This document shows positions 11,013 to 22,733 of a DNA stretch of 64,000 bases, one piece after another. Numbering within the stretch: position 1 is the stretch's first letter; each line of letters begins with the position of its first letter. The notes beneath the pieces were generated by a model that saw nothing but the letters and a program-made list of their open reading frames with translations, did no database searches and had not been told where the DNA came from. The DNA lies in assembly GCF_001194135.2 (NCBI RefSeq), contig NC_068984.1, forward strand, positions 99,095,251 through 99,159,250. The letters are read 5' to 3'. This stretch comes from Octopus bimaculoides. Its lineage: Eukaryota. A program made the position numbers and the translations under genes.

Positions 11013-12779
11013 ATGAGTGAATGAATAAAAAAGATTTTATTATTTTAACCACAATAAAAGATGAAAACAATATAAAACATATGTGAGTGTGTTTTTGTGT
11101 GTATATATGTTTGTAAGTATGTCATTATGCAGTTTCATTTCGAGATTTCTTACCAATAAGGAAAGAGTTACTTTCTAACCTATATTCAGGGATCTTTCAT
11201 TGGAATTTCAACATCAACAAGGTATTTTTGCATGTATGCATTATATGTATAGTATCTGGAGACTATACATATTCAGATTTGTATGTTTTGTTTTATGTAT
11301 GTATTCTCATATGTATAGTTGCATGTCTAGATATGCAAATATATACTTAAAAGATAAACTTCTGGTAAGTTTACAAATTCTTAGAGTTCCAGTTATGGCT
11401 TGGATCTGTAGTCTTTAAATCTGTTTTCTTCTTTTTGCCTTTGAGAGGCCTAATTTCTCAAAATCGGTACTTAGACAGTGTGAATGCATGTGTGTAAATG
11501 TGTATAGATGGATGAATGAATGGATAGATGGATGAATGAGTAAAAATGACTCTTGCTAAATATTTTCCTTTCTGTGTGCTCTCAAGCTGTGTTCAACTTC
11601 TATTTAGCTCATAAATATGACTTCTCCAATTCTGCTTACTCTTCACACATGTCCAGAGTTTATTCACAAATGTCATTACACTCATCACCTTATATATCCC
11701 TCTGTTGCATGGTTGCCTTTGTTCTGCTCTGTTGGACCCCCAGGTTGTCCTTGTCCTTGTTCTGTTGGACCTCCAGGTTTTCCTAACATCAAGCACTTTT
11801 CATTTCTACTGGAAACTGCCAAAAGAATGTAATGAAATAGAATACATAAAATAACTATAGAATATGTGAGAGTGGAGAAGAGCCAACCATATTGTCTCTG
11901 ATTATCCATTCCTAACCAAGAAAGAATACATAAACAGGCATAACAGGGTTGAGGCTTTCAGACATTGAAATTTACATCAGTCTTAAATAATAGGCAGGTG
12001 CTTCCATATGCTTGCCTCTGTTATGGGGGTTTACACTGACCAAATCATTCAACTTCTGTTTGGAGATGTATGGAAACCCATTCTATTTTTTGAGAATGAG
12101 CGATATGTCACTTTTCTCTTGTTCTTTCCTAGATAGATTTCTTGGGTAAGGAGGCACTTACTTTTGTGACATATTTCTTCCATATTTTTCTTTTGCCTAG
12201 AGTTAATTTATATCTAGAAACTGTTTCTGCTTTGCAACACTAACAACATATGACAACTACTGTTTTGATACTTTAGTTATTGACAAATGAATTTGCATTT
12301 TTGTCATACTTTCTTTTCAAATTCTCAAATTGGAACTGGCTTTGCTTAAAAATATATCTGTTTGTTTAATAGTTGTATTTTTTCAGTTTTCCTTTTATTA
12401 AAATTCGACTTGTGTTTCCAAATTTTTTGAAGAGGGGCATATTCACTTCTTCCAGTCCCTCCTCTTTTACCATATTTGTGACTTACGTGACTGAATAAAT
12501 AATACAAATGGCAGTAGTGCAAAACTATTGGCAAAGTTAAAACAATACTTGACACGCCTTCTTTTCTACCTCAGATAATGGAAGTCCTTTAATCCTAGAA
12601 GAAATTATCTTCTAAGCAGAACTCATTGAAATATGGCTGTTAACAGCAAACAAGAACAATAATGAGAGAAACTAAATAGCTGCAAACACAAACAAAATAA
12701 GGAGGATGATATTCTATCTTCAGGGAAGTCATTACATACAAAGCAGAAGCTGAATGACATGTTGTGAGGAAGAAAGAGA

Positions 12780-13400
12780 AACATAATAAACCACGGAAAA
12801 ATCTAAAAAGTAAGCTGAAAATGGAGCTACGGAATGTCATTTTAAAATAATGGCAAAGAACGACACTATATGGCCAATACTGGAAAAAAACAAAAAAAAC
12901 GAACAAGGTGAACATAGGAAAAATAAAATCACAACAATTGCTGAGAAGTGCAAGACTGTTAGCTGTAACTGAAGGTTTTTCTTTATTGTGGTACAGGATC
13001 AAAGCCTCCCCAGTAGAAGCCATCAGAAGTATGTAATGATGAAAAATATATAAAGTAACTACAGAATATATGGAATTGGGGAAGAATCAGTCATGGTGAT
13101 ACTGGATATTCTGTCTTAACTAAGAAAGAACACACATACAGGTATGACAAAGTTAAGGCTTTCATACAGCGGGTGTTATGTTCTGACACCAACAGAAATG
13201 AACATAAACCCGAAAAGAACTCAGAGAATAATGCTGTGACTGTATTCTGGGATGTGCCACTTTACACAAATAGAGAGATAAAAGCTAAATGCTTAAATAC
13301 TGTGGAGATCGAAAACAGAAATAATCCCAATATTAAAAGGAGCCTTGGGAAGAATTTAAAAAAACAAAAATACATGTAGACAAATACATAAAAATTTCAG
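12780..13400 (+). mobile_element. Highly decayed R4/Dong-like LINE C-terminal remnant
   Basis: TEGF...VVQDQSLPSRSHQKY (ETEGFIxAAQDQxLxTR motif) and VTVFWDVPLYTNREIKAK (ILWDxxIxTDRxIxANRPD motif). Confidence 0.55.
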
Positions 13401-14274
13401 GGCTTAAAAATATGTTCAACAGAGAGTAGCACTACTACATGTTGTAGACATGTTACATAAAGGACCATTATTACAATAGAAACTACAACCCCAAAGCAAA
13501 CATTGTACATACCTAAAGTGTGCAGAACACTGTGATCAGTAGTGCAGTGAAAACATGCAATAAAATTAAAAGTAGTGAACAACAACAACAGCAACAACGA
13601 CAACTACAACAACAACAACAACAATGGCATGATGATGATTATTGTTATTATGGTTATGCTATTGCTTCTGCTGATGATATATGACGTAAATGATAATGGT
13701 AAGAAGTTGTGCATCAGTGCCTTTATATAAATTCAAATCAAATAACTCAAACCAAAATTGTTTGCTAGCAAAACAATCCAGATTTGTGTATTCTCAAAAT
13801 GCTTTTTTTTTTATATATATATATTTCTGAATGAAGAGCCAGTGAATTGATGTTTCAAAACCTCAATGAAATTACATGCCCTTATATGGAAACTTGTTTA
13901 CATATGGGAGCTTATGATATATCGTTGGAACAAATTGGTCTGCTTTTGGCATTGGTTATTTTGTAAGAACTGGTGAGAGAAGTTTGAATTGTGATGTACT
14001 GCAGTTGATTGTTGTGCATGTTATTGTTATTGTTGTTGATGTTGTTGTTGTTGTTGTTGTTGGTGGTGGTGATGTTACAGTGGTGGTAGTGTTGGTAGCA
14101 ATGGAAGTGGTGGTAGTAGCTGATGTTGCTGCTACTATTGACGTTGTGTTGGTTGTTGTATATGGGGATTTAGGGAGAGATCAAAAACAACTATTTAATG
14201 CAGCATATACCTTTGGAGAATATCTCCTGCATTTGTATACATACAATGTATAAAAGTGTGAGTGTGTATGTATA

Positions 14275-14305
<31 letters not shown>

Positions 14306-15383
14306 TTGTGTTGGAAAATGGGTATGTATTTGTGTATATATCCATACATATGCACACATATACACACAAACAGAAACATCGTCTTGTGCCATGCTTATGT
14401 CAGTGATCATAGATAGATCTCTGTATCAAAGTCTGAAGTTTCATAATTTTTTTTCTGTTGGCAAAGATACAGCAGTGGTTTCCCATTATCTTCTGTGAGT
14501 TTATTCAAAGTTTACTCTGCACGTCTCCTGTTCTCACAAGCTTACCCCGGTGGTGTAATGCCTATTTAACCTTAATGCAGTAGGGCTGGTTCACATGACA
14601 TCAGGGCATGGCCACTGTTTAGATTTAGTTAAAAATAACTTTTTATATATGTATCAAATCAAACATTGATAGCAGATAGTACTTAATACAAGTGTGAAGT
14701 TTAATAATTATTATAATCTTACTGACATTGACTTCAAACTGTGAAATGGAGGATGTACAGGAGGTTTTTAGAATCATTACATTTTGTAAAGAGGAGGAAG
14801 AATTTGATTCAAATGTGGGGCATTAGAATCAAAGGAATATAATGGTAATTATGCTGGGAAGGCAGTGGTTAGTACTTAATTAGAGATGGAAAGTTGTGTG
14901 AGGGTGGGGTTTTAGGATAGAGTTAAAGTTAGGGAAACAATAGGCTGGTTACAAAGGGCGTATTTCCATATTTTTTTCTTTATCAAAATAGTAATATTTT
15001 GATGCATTAAGCTTTGAAAATCCATATTTGATGAAAGAAAGTTTGTAAGTTAAGAGTCTCACTAACAATACAGTTCACCCAGTTGTTTATATATTAATAT
15101 ATTAAGTACTTTGATAGTTACTATATTCTTAACTCTAATATATATTGATAGATTTATATATANNNNNNNNNNAATAAATCTCTGAATGAGGTATAAACAG
15201 TAGCTGCATGACAATGTGAAGTATATTTGCCACTTAAATGCGGCTAACCACTAAGGGTGAATGCTACTGTAGCTTTTAGCCCCAGGAGAACACCTTCTCC
15301 AACTGGCTATTGACACACTTTCTGTGCCCTATCAGTATTTGCAAAGGGAAGTCATCCTTCCCATCATCGACTGGATGTGATAT

Positions 15384-15426
15384 GCATGGACCTGGGTTTC
15401 TGGGTATTTTTCCTTCGTCAGCACAC
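15384..15426 (-). ncRNA. Type I hammerhead ribozyme motif
   Basis: Minus strand gtgtg-CTGACGA-aggaaaaataccca-GAAAC-ccag-GTC-catgc. Stem I gtgtg/catgc pairs with two GU wobbles. Confidence 0.65.
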
Positions 15427-15669
15427 GACAATCAGAAAGTGTGTCAATAGGCAGCTGAAGGAGATGTTCTCCTGGGGCTACAAGCTACAGTAGCATTCAC
15501 CCTTGGTGGTTAGTCACATTTAAGTGGCAAATATACTTCACGTTGTCATGCAGCTACTGGTTATACCTTTTTCAGAGATTTATTATTGCTTGTTTACACT
15601 TTTTCGAGATCGTGACTTTTCGTCACTGGAAAAAGGATATATGTATTTGCATAAAGATCGGTGATTGTC

Positions 15670-15712
15670 ATGCACTGACGAAGGGTAAATACTCAGAAAC
15701 CCAGGTCCATGT
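15670..15712 (+). ncRNA. Type I hammerhead ribozyme motif
   Basis: atgca-CTGACGA-a-gggta-aa-tactc-a-GAAAC-ccag-GTC-catgt. Core intact, stem I imperfect. Confidence 0.6.
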
Positions 15713-15880
15713 GTATCATGTCAGATCAACGATGGGAAGGATGACTTCCCTTTGCAAATACTGATAGGGCACAGAAAGTCTGTCAATAGCCAGCTGGAGG
15801 AGATGTTCTCCTGGGGCTACAAGCTACAGTAGCATTCACCCTTGGTGGTTAGCTGCATTTAAGTGGCAAATATACTTCAC

Positions 15881-15931
<51 letters not shown>

Positions 15932-15999
15932 CTCCAATACAAAGCACCAGAAGCTCTAATATGAATATGTACCTATACGAACATGTACTGGGTGTGATA

Positions 16000-16612
16000 A
16001 AATTAAACATCCAGTCAACATCATGGTGTTGGGAATGATCACTAGTGATGATGATGTTATGTCTCCATTAATCTTCCCACACAGCCTCACGCTCAACACG
16101 GAGGCCTACATCAAGTACCTGGAGAAGGTAGTGCTGCCCTTGGTCAAGAGTGTGGCTGCAGTAAGACCCTATGTCTAGCAACAGGACTCTTCACCATGCC
16201 ACAAATACAGGAGAACTCAGTCATGGCTGTTAGACAATTTCTGCAACTATATCATCCCTAACATCGGGCCACCTAGCTCCCCAGACTGCAACCCTCTTGA
16301 TTATTATGGTGGGACACAGTTGAGCAAGAGACCAACAAAACTCCTTGTAACACCAAAGATGAACTGAAGGCAAGGATTATGGCAGCATTTACCAACTTAA
16401 ACAAGGAGACTGTCTGGAAGAGTTGCAGGAGATTTTGAAGTCGTCTGGAGGCCATGGTTGAAGCCAATGGTGATTTTATTGAATAAATTTACTTTTTAGT
16501 ATTTCAAGATATTTTTAATGTAATTTTAGTAAATATATCTGATAAAATGAGATGTCAGTGAAATTTTCATTTTTGTGTAACTTAGACGACAGTTTATCCA
16601 CTGCACCCTCTA
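16000..16612 (+). mobile_element. maT-type (DD37D) Tc1/mariner transposase 3' half, decayed
   Basis: KHPVNIMVLG...QQDSSPCH...PPSSPDCNPLDY has 37 residues between the second and third catalytic Asp (counted). C-terminus ...VEANGDFIE*. 3' TIR ...ccactgcaccctc followed by TA. Confidence 0.85.
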
Positions 16613-18000
16613 TAAATACACACATACACATGCACACACACATGCATGCATGCACACACATGCACACATACATACACACACACACAAACATACATACATA
16701 CACGCATACAGGCATACATATTGCATACATATAAGTATATATGTATATGTATGTTTATCCACATATTTGCACAGTTAATGCTATTAAAAATGATTGCAAA
16801 TGAATGTATTTTTATACACACATCTGCAATGTTGTGCATGTAACAGAGTGACTGTGTGTGAGTTTGTTTGCTTGTGTAGGTGTGTGTGTGGGTGTGTGTG
16901 TGTGCATGTGTGCGCGTGCATGTGTGTGCATGTGTATGTGTGCACGCGTGTGTGTGTGTGTGTGTAACAACTGAATTGTTTATTCTTCTGGTAGACTGGT
17001 TCTTAGATAGAAGTAGTTTTCCTTTTAGACAATGGTAAAACATGAAACACAAAAGCAGGCATTGTGAGTGATACAGCAAAGACCCAAGGTTACAGGCAGA
17101 ATGTGAATGTAATGTCATGATAATTTACCATTATTCTTGAAGAGACCCATCTCACAGATAAATAAACATCAGAGAATGTAGAGAAACGGTTGATTTGGCA
17201 AATCAAAATTGGAAGTGGCTAAATGGAATTGCTAAAAAGCTGTCAACAGTACAAGTTGTTCAAATACTGTAAAATTGTTACTTTATTTATATAAAACACT
17301 GGATTGTGGTTGTACTGGGACCCATGTTTAAGGATTTTGGCTCATTTTCGTTCTAGTCCTTATTTCATTTTGATACTTATTTTATCAAATTCTGTTTGTT
17401 GAATGACTAAGTTATGCTGTGACATAAATGCCAGTTGTTTTTACTCTTTCCCCTTCCATAGTTGGTTCAGCAAGTCTTTCCCAGTAAAGCTACATTTGTT
17501 GGGTTTGAAGCATACTCGTAACTTTATTTATATATTTTCGATCTTGTTCTCGTAAGCATGTTTATTATTATTATTGTTTTATCACATGATAGTTTTGTAC
17601 CTTGTATTACCATTTATTTAGGCTAATAGCCATATCTTAATATGATACAATGCTATGGATGTTTAATTTATTATATTTACAATCTTTGCTTAGTTTTACC
17701 TCAGTATATAAGTTTATTTACATAAGGAGTAATATATAATGAATTCATTGGATTCTCTCCCTTCCTCCTTTTCTGGTTTTTAGTCTGCCATTTTTTTAAA
17801 CTTTAGATTTTTGGATTTAACTGTGGTCCATTATGCCTTCCTCTAATTTAATCTTTTAGTATAGCGTTCATAGCCTCTCTCCCTAAACAGCTCCCTGTAA
17901 ACCAGTATTCTTGTTTCTAACAGTCATTTACTTAGCTATATAATGTTATAACTTGTACGCAACCTTAGCATTTAGCGCATGTCTTGCTTTTGTATGTTGG

Positions 18001-18087
18001 TTCCCTGATGATGAATTTATGTGCAACTCCAGCACCTCTTACTTCTTTGGAGTAGGGTGCACATATATTTTGAAACATATGTAGGAA
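18001..18087 (+). ncRNA. Type I hammerhead ribozyme motif with long stem II
   Basis: ttcc-CTGATGA-[60 nt containing atgtgca/tgcacat and actcca/tggagt pairings]-GAAAC-atat-GTA-ggaa. Stem I ttcc/ggaa is perfect. Confidence 0.7.
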
Positions 18088-18299
18088 TTAAAGGAACTTA
18101 TTGATTATAAGCGTTTTGTGCCATTTATTATTATTATTCATATATATATATATATATATATGTATGCATATATATATATATGTATATACTGCTTGTCTCA
18201 ATTCCATCCTAGTAACAAACTACTTGAGAGAGATAGGCATCAAAACTGTCCGTTACCCTTCCTACTTGATATGACCTTTGATATGATTGATATGGTCTT

Positions 18300-18545
18300 T
18301 GGTTTTTTCCCCATTCAGTCATACAGTCATTGTGAATACATTGAAAATATGGAGGCTCTGACAGAGATCCAGAACACCTTCACTCTTGAGGACTTCCATG
18401 GGGTCTTCATAGAGTGGCTGGAATGCTACAGCAAGTGCACTGAAGTCAGAGGATCCTACTTTGAAGAAGATTAGCGTTTTGTACTTCTATGAAATTAATA
18501 AATGTTTCTCTTAAAAGGTTTCAAAGTTTCTGGAATGCACCCTTT
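18300..18545 (+). mobile_element. Mariner 3' fragment
   Basis: EDFHGVFIEWLECYSKCTEVRGSYFEED* (typical KWxERxxKCIxxxGxYFE end) and a TIR-like tttctggaatgcaccctt followed by TA. Confidence 0.7.
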
Positions 18546-18599
18546 ACATACTTATATACATATATATGCATATAAATATATACATATCAATATACATTT

Positions 18600-18965
18600 G
18601 AGCGTGATCCTTACCAACGTCGCCTTCCTGACACTTGTGCCAGTGACGTGAGAAAAGACATTCGAGTGAAATCATTGCCAGTGCCGCTGGACTGGCTCCT
18701 GTGCAGGTGGCATGTAAAATACACCATTTCGAGCGTGTCCGTTGCCAGTACCGCCTGACTGGCCTTCATGGCGGTGGCACGTAAAAGCACCCACTACACT
18801 CTCGGAATGGTTAGTGTTAGGAAGGGCATTCAGCTGTAGAAACTCTGCCAAATCAGATTGGAGCCTGGTGTAGCCACCTGGTGTAGCCACCTGGTTCACC
18901 AGTCCTCTGTCAAATCGTCCAACCCATGCTAGCATGGAAAGCAGACGATGATGATGATGATGATA
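18600..18965 (+). mobile_element. RTE-tail repeat (SINE-like) with (GAT)n tail
   Basis: Longest copy of the family, ending ...ccaacccatgctagcatggaaagcagacgatgatgatgat. Confidence 0.85.
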
Positions 18966-19259
18966 TATATATATATCTATATATATATATATAGTCCTGC
19001 CCATGCCTGCATGGAAGGCGGACATTAAGCGGTATACATATATGTGTGTTGTGTCTGGGGAGAGTCACATTGTTTTAATGCCTTATTATCTAACACACTC
19101 ACCAGTTCGATTCCCACTCATTTATTATTTATATTCTTTCTTTCAAAAGACAATATGACTCTCCTCAGACACAAAATAATTTGCTTTAACACACAAATTC
19201 ACATAAAGAATCTTGCAAACCAGATAAAAAAACGAAGATACATATATATACATATATAT

Positions 19260-19260
19260 T

Positions 19261-19293
<33 letters not shown>

Positions 19294-19575
19294 GTTGTCA
19301 TCGTTTAACGTCTGCTTCCCATGCTGGCATGGGTTAGATAGTTTGACTGAGAGACTGGCAAGCTGGGAGGCTGCACCTAGCTCCAATCTGATTTCACGCC
19401 CTTCCTAAACCCAGCCACTTCAAGAGTGTAGTGGGTGCATTTTATGTGCCACTGGCACTGGAGCTAGTCTGGTGGCATTGGCATCAACTACACTCAAATA
19501 GTGTTTTTATGTGTCACTGCCATGCTGCCAGTCAGGCAGCAGTGACATCGGCCGTGATTGAATGGTGCCTTTTGA
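19260..19575 (-). mobile_element. RTE-tail repeat, inverted relative to 18600-18965
   Basis: (CAT)n followed by cgtttaacgtctgcttcccatgctggcatggg...aagagtgtagtgggtgc. Confidence 0.85.
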
Positions 19576-19650
19576 TATATATATATGTAGATATATAAAA
19601 ACAAAAGGATAAAGAGAGCAAAGGTAAGGTTGAAGAATTTTATGGATAGA

Positions 19651-19699
19651 GTCTTACAGCTGTTTCTGAGAAGATCCAGTACTTCCCTGCATCGGAGAC
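19651..19699 (-). ncRNA. Degenerate type I hammerhead motif in the Penelope 3' region
   Basis: gtct-CCGATGC-agggaag-tactggat-cttctca-GAAAC-agct-GTA-agac. Stems I, II and palindromic III are intact, but the core has two substitutions versus CUGAUGA. Confidence 0.5.
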
Positions 19700-20490
19700 A
19701 GAAAAAAAGTTATCTATTATTATATCCATAGGCGGATATTTTTAGTATGAAGTGGTAAAGAGTGTGATGTGCTGAAAAAAGAGGGAACAGTACTAGAAGA
19801 GTAGTTTCATTCCAGTGGTAAATATCCGTGTAGAAATTCGTGCAGGTTAATCCTTGTGTGAATAATCCGGAAATTTATGTTGGAACGAAAGTTGATATAG
19901 CTTAGGTGGCAGAGGTATATATATTCCATCTTGCAATAGATTTTTGCTTGTTTACTTGAAGGATGTCCAAGCCAAGTGAAAAGTTAGCGGTAATTAGGTC
20001 AAGTCAAGACGATAGAATTTGGAAGGGGATAGAGAAGATATAAAGGCGGAGGATGGTAGCGATATATTTATGGTCAGTTGGTCTTAACAGGGTAGGGGGG
20101 AAGAGCATATATAGTGAAGGAGGAATAGGGGGATGAGGTTAAAAGGTAGAGTGAGTAGGAAAGAATGCGTGTGTGTAGTATATAGGTGGTGAGGGTATGA
20201 GTGATAAACGAAGGACAGAGATAAAGGAGAGGGATGGGTGGGAAAGGTAGTTAGTAGTAATATATTTTTGGATGCTGCCAAGCCTATTTATAGACGGTGG
20301 AAAGGGATAGAAAGAGGTGACGTAGTCTGTTTGTGTAGGTAGTGTTCTTGTTAAATTGAGAATATGAGAATTAGATTTGGTGGTATATGTGTGGTGAAAT
20401 GACCGAAAGGAAATAATCGTATTTCAAAAAGATGGTGAAAGATGGATGTTTTTGCCAGGTTGAATATGTTGCCTATGGGGGCTTGTATTA

Positions 20491-21081
20491 TTATGTTGCG
20501 TGATCATTTGCGCAATTTTGTTTGTGATAGAACCTGAATGTGCGGAAAGTGCGGTGGTTGCAGTTGCTAAACGCTTCATTATATCGATTAAGTAAAGTGG
20601 GAGAATTGTATTTTAAAATATGGAACGCCTCCGTTAGGCAAAGCTTGCAATTGGAGCGCTGGCCCTGGTATGGAGTTCTAGAGTCTAGGATGGACCATTT
20701 TAAAATGTATTGGGTATTTTTGTTTCTGAGGTGATGAATATGATTGGCTAATGTTGTAGATTTACTGTGTTTGTCGTATCTAAAAGAGTGCATGTGGGCT
20801 GCGTAGCGATGTTTAAAGTTAATAGTTGCACCAATGTACGTGGCAGTAGAGTTATGTAATAGATTTTTGACGGTGCATTTATATATTACATTGTGTCTTA
20901 CGCAATGTGTTTGAAGCGAACAGATAGTCCCGGAGCGACAGTTACAAGTGTAGGAGGCTAGAGGGTTGCGTATGTTTGTGGTTGAGTTATTATTATTGGA
21001 GGATATGTTATTAGGGGATGCGTAGGAATCTAGATTAGTGGAATTATTGTTATGGCTATTTGTCCTATCAGTGTTATTATT
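20491..21081 (-). CDS. Penelope GIY-YIG endonuclease domain with Asn-rich linker (open frame)
   Basis: ORF track 20491..21831. Motif VIY-x15-YIG with conserved R, H, E and N residues and a Cys-rich linker (CNCR-x4-C-x5-C). Confidence 0.85.
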   Translation of the reverse strand, partial: NNNTDRTNSHNNNSTNLDSYASPNNISSNNNNSTTNIRNPLASYTCNCRSGTICSLQTHCVRHNVIYKCTVKNLLHNSTATYIGATINFKHRYAAHMHSFRYDKHSKSTTLANHIHHLRNKNTQYILKWSILDSRTPYQGQRSNCKLCLTEAFHILKYNSPTLLNRYNEAFSNCNHRTFRTFRFYHKQNCANDHAT

Positions 21082-21856
21082 NNNNNNNNNNNNNNNNNNN
21101 NNNNNNNNNNNNNNNNNNNNNNNNNNNNNNNNNNNNNNNNNNNNNNNNNNNNNNNNNNNNNNNNNNNNNNNNNNNNNNNNNNNNNNNNNNNNNNNNNNNN
21201 NNNNNNNNNNNNNNNNNNNNNNNNNNNNNNNNNNNNNNNNNNNNNNNNNNNNNNNNNNNNNNNNNNNNNNNNNNNNNNNNNNNNNNNNNNNNNNNNNNNN
21301 NNNNNNNNNNNNNNNNNNNNNNNNNNNNNNNNNNNNNNNNNNNNNNNNNNNNNNNNNNNNNNNNNNNNNNNNNNNNNNNNNNNNNNNNNNNNNNNNNNNN
21401 NNNNNNNNNNNNNNNNNNNNNNNNNNNNNNNNNNNNNNNNNNNNNNNNNNNNNNNNNNNNNNNNNNNNNNNNNNNNNNNNNNNNNNNNNNNNNNNNNNNN
21501 NNNNNNNNNNNNNNNNNNNNNNNNNNNNNNNNNNNNNNNNNNNNNNNNNNNNNNNNNNNNNNNNNNNNNNNNNNNNNNNNNNNNNNNNNNNNNNNNNNNN
21601 NNNNNNNNNNNNNNNNNNNNNNNNNNNNNNNNNNNNNNNNNNNNNNNNNNNNNNNNNNNNNNNNNNNNNNNNNNNNNNNNNNNNNNNNNNNNNNNNNNNN
21701 NNNNNNNNNNNNNNNNNNNNNNNNNNNNNNNNNNNNNNNNNNNNNNNNNNNNNNNNNNNAGATAGGTTTAGAGAAACGTCTAAGAAGTTAGCCGTTTTGT
21801 ATGCGTTTTCAAATGTTATTGAAAGATTCATACCTGAGAAAAATTTGTGCAGATCC

Positions 21857-22434
21857 TTTTATATAAGGGCATTACTATACAATAATGCCTCACGCTATGA
21901 GGGACTCTAAGGTCAGACTACCATAAAAAACACATTTTTACGGAACGCGAGGAAATGCAACTCTCAAAGCCAGCCCCTTAAAAACAGACTGAATTATAGA
22001 TCATGATTTCGTAGCTATTGCAGTATTATACAACCTCTACTCTTCAGTATAATATGGTCAAGATAAATAGAAGTAGACAGAAGTTCAACACATCAAACGA
22101 ACACTGCATATCCATTATAGTACACAGAAGACTGTTTATCACTATTTACTTATGTAAGTGGCGGGAATTTACTATAATGGATACGCGGTGTTCGTTTGGT
22201 ATGTTGAACTTCTGTCTACTTCTATTTATTTTGACCATATTATACTGAAGAGTAGAGGTTGTATAATACTACAATAACTACGAAATCATGATCTATAATT
22301 CAGTCTGTTTTTAAGGGGCTGGCTTTGAGAGTTGCATTTCCTCGCATTTGGTAAAAATGTGTTTTTTATGGTAGTCTGACCTTAGAGTCCCTCTTAGCGT
22401 GAGGCATTATTGTATAGTAATGCCCTTATATAAA
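21857..22434. repeat. Long inverted repeat: arms of about 265 bp with a spacer of about 50 bp
   Basis: 21857-22122 is the reverse complement of about 22170-22434, with about 11 mismatches by manual alignment. Confidence 0.95.
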
Positions 22435-22733
22435 TAAATATATATATTTTGGGAATAAATGATGGATTTTTTCCCTTATGAGATTTTTTTCACGCTAGCT
22501 ACTTGATAAATTCTTGTAANNNNNNNNNNNNNNNNNNNNNNNNNNNNNNNNNNNNNNNNNNNNNNNNNNNNNNNNNNNNNNNNNNNNNNNNNNNNNNNNN
22601 NNNNNNNNNNNNNNNNNNNNNNNNNNNNNNNNNNNNNNNNNNNNNNNNNNNNNNNNNNNNNNNNNNNNNNNNNNNNNNNNNNNNNNNNNNNNNNNNNNNN
22701 NNNNNNNNNNNNNNNNNNNNNNATATATATATA

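Larger units (their letters stand above)
15173..15881. mobile_element. ORF-less Penelope-type pseudo-LTR array (inverted copy plus partial tandem copy)
   Basis: 152-bp inverted arms at 15173-15324 and 15433-15584. 15325-15432 is the reverse complement of about 15662-15770. 15771-15881 repeats the start of 15433-15584. Contains two hammerhead motifs. Confidence 0.7.
19600..21857 (-). mobile_element. 5'-truncated Penelope-like element (RT thumb, GIY-YIG endonuclease, 3' UTR/pLTR), relatively young
   Basis: Open frame from KDLHKFFSGMNLSITFE...NFLDVSLNL, through a gap, to CNCR...VIYKC...YIGATINFKHRY...H...WSIL...CKLCLTE...LLNR.E...CNH*. CpGs retained. Degenerate hammerhead in the 3' region. Confidence 0.9.

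Noticed and set aside
14546-14614. 69-nt minus-strand segment between AG and GTAAGC
   Set aside because: Stop codons in all three frames. No support as a coding exon, and a non-coding exon cannot be assessed.
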